From the IMG/VR virus record IMGVR_UViG_3300032218_002699, positions 1-26,671 of that record: a stretch of DNA of 26,671 nt. One strand, 5' to 3'. This document shows, one piece after another, positions 22,975 through 26,671 of this stretch (positions are counted from its first letter, which is position 1; each line of letters begins with the position of its first letter). The notes beneath the pieces are model-generated. The model was not told the DNA's origin, searched no databases, and was given only the letters and a program-made list of their open reading frames with translations. The translations under genes and the position numbers were made by a program. Source of the DNA: a virus (taxonomy: Duplodnaviria; Caudoviricetes).

Positions 22975-25179
22975 TTACTGTGAAGTAATTTTGTATGTAA
23001 GGCCTGTAGTTCCTGGATTACCTGTTACTACTCCCGCTCCAGGAGTTCCCCATATTGTTCCAGTAGAACTAGATATGTTATAGACTCCTGTATTTGTAGA
23101 TGTCTTTACAGTTAAATATAAATCTTTTATATTTTGTTCACTTCCATAAATTTCCCATTGAATAGCATTGCCTGGAGTAGTTGAACTTCCAAATTCTCCG
23201 TGTATATAAAAATATGCATAATATGGAGATACTTGAAAGTTTCCAGTTTTTAACCAAACTGTATTGGAACTTCTATCTCCTGCATCTACCATTATTTTAT
23301 TATATGCAGGGTTTGTTGCAGATAATGAACTATACAAAGTTGACCCATTTCCTAAACCAAATGTAGCATATGAATTTGTACCAATATTTATTGTATTAGT
23401 TGATACACCATTAAATGTAATGTAATACGGTAATGTTGCTACATAATAACCATCATCAACTGTCCCGCCTGTTGCTAAAGTTAAAGCAGTTCCAATTGTT
23501 CCGCTGTAAGGTGCATATGTGCTGGATGTAACTGTTGGTCCTGCTGCTGCAGCTGATACAGTTACTGAATTAGAAGTGGCTGTTACTGCAGATACTGTAT
23601 TAGTTGCTGTTACACGACATCTTAAAGAAGACCCATATAATGCAACGTAATTAGATGGTGGTGTATAAGTTGAAGATGTTGCAAGATTTATAGATAGCCA
23701 AACAGTTGTTTGATCTTGGTATTGCCATTGATAAGCGTATGTTGGTGTTGGTGATCCAGTCCATGTTCCATTAGTTGAAGTAAACGTAGTTGTTCCAGCT
23801 GGGCCTGTACTTGGAGTAACTACTGGAGATACAGTATTAACTGGAGCTGAATTACTATTTTGGAATGATGCTGTAGTTAAAGTAGTTTGTGCAACATCTC
23901 CTAAATTATTAGTTGTATCATTTTTCATAGATGCTACATCTTGTGGAGTATAAGTAATTGTTGTTGGTGAAGTGGTACCGTTAAAATAAACTCTATATTT
24001 TGATCCTGCAACTAAAGCAGATGGATAGCTAGTTTTAGCAACTCCATTTAAATATAAAGCTCCAACTACACCTGCTGCATTGTAACTTGTAATTAAATTT
24101 ACATCTGCATATGATTGTGTTGCTGTAAATGTAATTTCATAAATTTGTGTTTGAGATGTTTGACCATAATTATAGCCTTCCCAACGAACTTTATAATATG
24201 TATTATCTGACCAATAGTACAAGTTAGATTGAACTAGGTCTTTAGGTATTATTGCAATTACGGTTCCCGTAGTACTTGTTACCGCATCTGCAGTATTTGT
24301 AGTTGGAGGGTTATCAATACTTATATAGCCATTTGTTGATATTGAAATTTTATCTCCAAATGCAAATATATATGTTGGGGCTGCAGTTGAAATAGTTGCT
24401 ATATTAGAATCATTACCATAATAACCCGTAAATGATCCAGTCACTGTTCCTACTGTTCCCGTCCAAGGAACGACTTTAAAGTTATAAGATGTACTTGCGG
24501 TTAATCCAGCTACTGTAATTGAAGTTGTTGTTCCAGTTACTCCCCCAAAATTTGTCCATACTGTTTCACTGGCTTTTTTATACAAAATTTGTTGCCTTCC
24601 AGCCCCTGTGGGAGCTGTCCAAGTTAAATCTACTTGTGTTGTTGGAGTAGTTGCATTATTTGCAGCAGATAAGTTAGATATATTTCTTGGACCCTCTACT
24701 GTTGTATTTGTAGAAGTTGAATCTCCAAAAAGAGCTCCTGCTGTAGCATGCACAGTAAATCTATAATAATTTGTAGTATTTGCAACAACATTTGCTTGAA
24801 TTAAATTATAAGTTTTAGTATTAGAAGAACCAGTAGCTGGTTCAGTTATTATTGCATATGTAGTCAAATCAGACCAAGTAGCATTGTCTGTTGATTTTTC
24901 AAATTTATAAGTTGAAGACCTAGGGCCAGGCCCAGTCCAAGAATAATTTGTGCCCGTTAATGTAATTATGCCCGTTGTTGCATTTGTTGATTGACTTATT
25001 GTAACTCTTGTTACTGGCTCTATTGGAATTATAGCTGAATTATAAATTTGTTTCCATACTCCATTTATATTTGCAAATCCAGACATAATTTTTTTCCAAG
25101 TATTAACTCCTGCTACATTTACCACTGCATATGCTGAAGTTGTTTGTTGCCAAATTGAATTTACATTATTAATTATCAT
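22975..25179 (-). CDS. Minor tail / receptor-binding protein with FN3 and Ig-like domains
   Basis: FN3 (VDLTWTAP...ITVAGLTASTSYNFKV), Ig-like (APVNTVSP...GTWTGSPTPTYAYQWQ...LRCRVTATN); very Thr-rich. Confidence 0.8.
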   Translation of the reverse strand: MIINNVNSIWQQTTSAYAVVNVAGVNTWKKIMSGFANINGVWKQIYNSAIIPIEPVTRVTISQSTNATTGIITLTGTNYSWTGPGPRSSTYKFEKSTDNATWSDLTTYAIITEPATGSSNTKTYNLIQANVVANTTNYYRFTVHATAGALFGDSTSTNTTVEGPRNISNLSAANNATTPTTQVDLTWTAPTGAGRQQILYKKASETVWTNFGGVTGTTTSITVAGLTASTSYNFKVVPWTGTVGTVTGSFTGYYGNDSNIATISTAAPTYIFAFGDKISISTNGYISIDNPPTTNTADAVTSTTGTVIAIIPKDLVQSNLYYWSDNTYYKVRWEGYNYGQTSQTQIYEITFTATQSYADVNLITSYNAAGVVGALYLNGVAKTSYPSALVAGSKYRVYFNGTTSPTTITYTPQDVASMKNDTTNNLGDVAQTTLTTASFQNSNSAPVNTVSPVVTPSTGPAGTTTFTSTNGTWTGSPTPTYAYQWQYQDQTTVWLSINLATSSTYTPPSNYVALYGSSLRCRVTATNTVSAVTATSNSVTVSAAAAGPTVTSSTYAPYSGTIGTALTLATGGTVDDGYYVATLPYYITFNGVSTNTINIGTNSYATFGLGNGSTLYSSLSATNPAYNKIMVDAGDRSSNTVWLKTGNFQVSPYYAYFYIHGEFGSSTTPGNAIQWEIYGSEQNIKDLYLTVKTSTNTGVYNISSSTGTIWGTPGAGVVTGNPGTTGLTYKITSQ

Positions 25180-25187
25180 ATTTTATT

Positions 25188-26671
25188 TTAGTATGTGAAT
25201 ACTATATCTCCAACTGTGTAAGTTCCAGTATTATTATCAACTGCTGCACCATTTGTTATACCAAGACTAGTCGCACCAGCATCGTTGTACACCATAATAT
25301 TTTTCAAACCTCTAGCAGTTGGACTAACTGATGAATTTAAATAAATATTTCCAGTCCCTTGAGTAATATTTATTGCATTTAAAGAATTAAATAGTGAAAC
25401 ACTTCCTGCAGTTGTAAGATTTAATCCATTAGAACCTGGACCTTGTAATCCAAGACCATTAGATACAAGTGAAAGTGAAGCTGTAGAGTTTCCAGCTACA
25501 AAATTTATCCAATCAAAAGTTCCTGCTGTATTTGTCCCCAAAAAAATTCCCCCGCTTGGTGTAGAAAATGAAGAACCTGTAATTGTAGAACCAGAACCAA
25601 TTGTTCCTCTAAAATAAGCAGTTCCTGCTGTTTGCCCATTAACTCCACTTCCAACAATTCTAAAATTAGGAGATGTTATACTTGAATTGTCAAGATTTAT
25701 TGACATTCCACTAACTGAAAATCCTGAGCCATCTGATGCTTGTGTACTTCCAGTTCCTGGAAATGATCCATTTTTAATAGTTCCAGTTGTTATTTGACCA
25801 CCAGAAATTGAAGTTGATGTAGTAAGATAATTTGAAGGTATAGACTGTAATGCTGTTGCGCCTTTTGCTGCATCTCTAGTTATATCCGATGCCGTTACAT
25901 TATTAATTTTAGATGTGCCACCAATAACGGCACCTGCAGCATTTAATGTCCCATCTCTTGTTACATAAAAATTATTACTTGAACTAGCAATTCCTGCAGT
26001 CCCCGCCCAGAATACAATATCTGAAGGAGATGTTGAAGATCCAGCACTTAATCCTGCCGTATAAGTTGTTGTTCCCGTATTTACAGAATAAATTGCATTT
26101 AAACCAGAATCTAATTTTAAAGTTCCATAACCGTTTGTTTTATAAATACCTGTAGTATTTACATCCCATTTACCTATAGTAGCTGAATCTGTACTAAATG
26201 TAACTCCTCCAGCACCTGCCGTACCAGATATATAAGTTGTTCTTTGTGGTGTCGCAGAACCGTCCCATACAGATATACCAGTAGGTGTAATACTTACTCT
26301 TGCACCACCAACAGTCCCCGCTGTTATATCTCCTGTTACAGTTAATGTTCCTAATTCACCAGAAGTTGCTTTAATCCTTCCAACTATATCCACACCAGTT
26401 GCAGTAAGTACTCCTGCATTGCTTACATGAAAACCACTTGGTGCATCTGCACCAATATCTAATTTGCCAGCAGTAATTTTTATATCGCTTGCTATTACTG
26501 CACCTGCCTTTGTAACAGTAAATTTAGGAGTACCTCCACCTCCTGAATCACCTCCTGCATAAATTGCATATGCTCCATTTGATGAAAGACCAATATAAGA
26601 TCCTGATGCTGAACTATTTGATGCTTCAAATATATTTGCCCCTACTGTCCAACCACCAATTAACGCAGATG
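25188..26671 (-). CDS. Tail fibre / minor tail protein, C-terminal part; 5' end lies outside the window
   Basis: The frame appears open upstream of the track start at 26393 to the window end; Gly/Ser/Thr-rich with FxVxxxG and IGxW fibre repeats. Confidence 0.8.
   Translation of the reverse strand, partial: SALIGGWTVGANIFEASNSSASGSYIGLSSNGAYAIYAGGDSGGGGTPKFTVTKAGAVIASDIKITAGKLDIGADAPSGFHVSNAGVLTATGVDIVGRIKATSGELGTLTVTGDITAGTVGGARVSITPTGISVWDGSATPQRTTYISGTAGAGGVTFSTDSATIGKWDVNTTGIYKTNGYGTLKLDSGLNAIYSVNTGTTTYTAGLSAGSSTSPSDIVFWAGTAGIASSSNNFYVTRDGTLNAAGAVIGGTSKINNVTASDITRDAAKGATALQSIPSNYLTTSTSISGGQITTGTIKNGSFPGTGSTQASDGSGFSVSGMSINLDNSSITSPNFRIVGSGVNGQTAGTAYFRGTIGSGSTITGSSFSTPSGGIFLGTNTAGTFDWINFVAGNSTASLSLVSNGLGLQGPGSNGLNLTTAGSVSLFNSLNAINITQGTGNIYLNSSVSPTARGLKNIMVYNDAGATSLGITNGAAVDNNTGTYTVGDIVFTY

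Noticed and set aside
2959-23366. Plus-strand ORFs and nested alternative-frame ORFs in the track
   Set aside because: They lie antisense to or inside well-supported genes and have no recognisable motifs; treated as shadow ORFs.

Overview
AT-rich segment of a large tailed dsDNA phage genome. Every credible gene is on the minus strand. In transcription order (right to left): tail/fibre genes, HNH, 2OG-Fe(II) oxygenase, metallophosphoesterase, holin-like protein, a replication/recombination block (DnaB helicase, primase, gp32-like SSB, DnaE, RecA, Hjc-like nuclease, Cas4-like exonuclease, RuvC), a glycosyltransferase / sugar nucleotidyltransferase / DUF1599-like cassette, terminase subunits, five tRNAs, a GT2-TPR protein and a collagen-like protein. 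The gene order recalls, from memory rather than a search, large Streptomyces BE/BK-type siphoviruses. Sigma-A-type promoters, probable leaderless starts and an actinobacterial-type Zn-finger gene suggest a low-GC actinobacterial host (inference). Best leads: (1) a ~130-nt non-tRNA structured RNA closed by a perfect 13-bp stem, fitted exactly between two tRNAs; (2) a tandem paralogous tRNA(UAU)/tRNA(CAU) pair whose first member overlaps the stop codon of a Cys-cluster gene; (3) the sugar-activation/transfer cassette. All calls come from reading motifs by eye; no database search or folding program was run.
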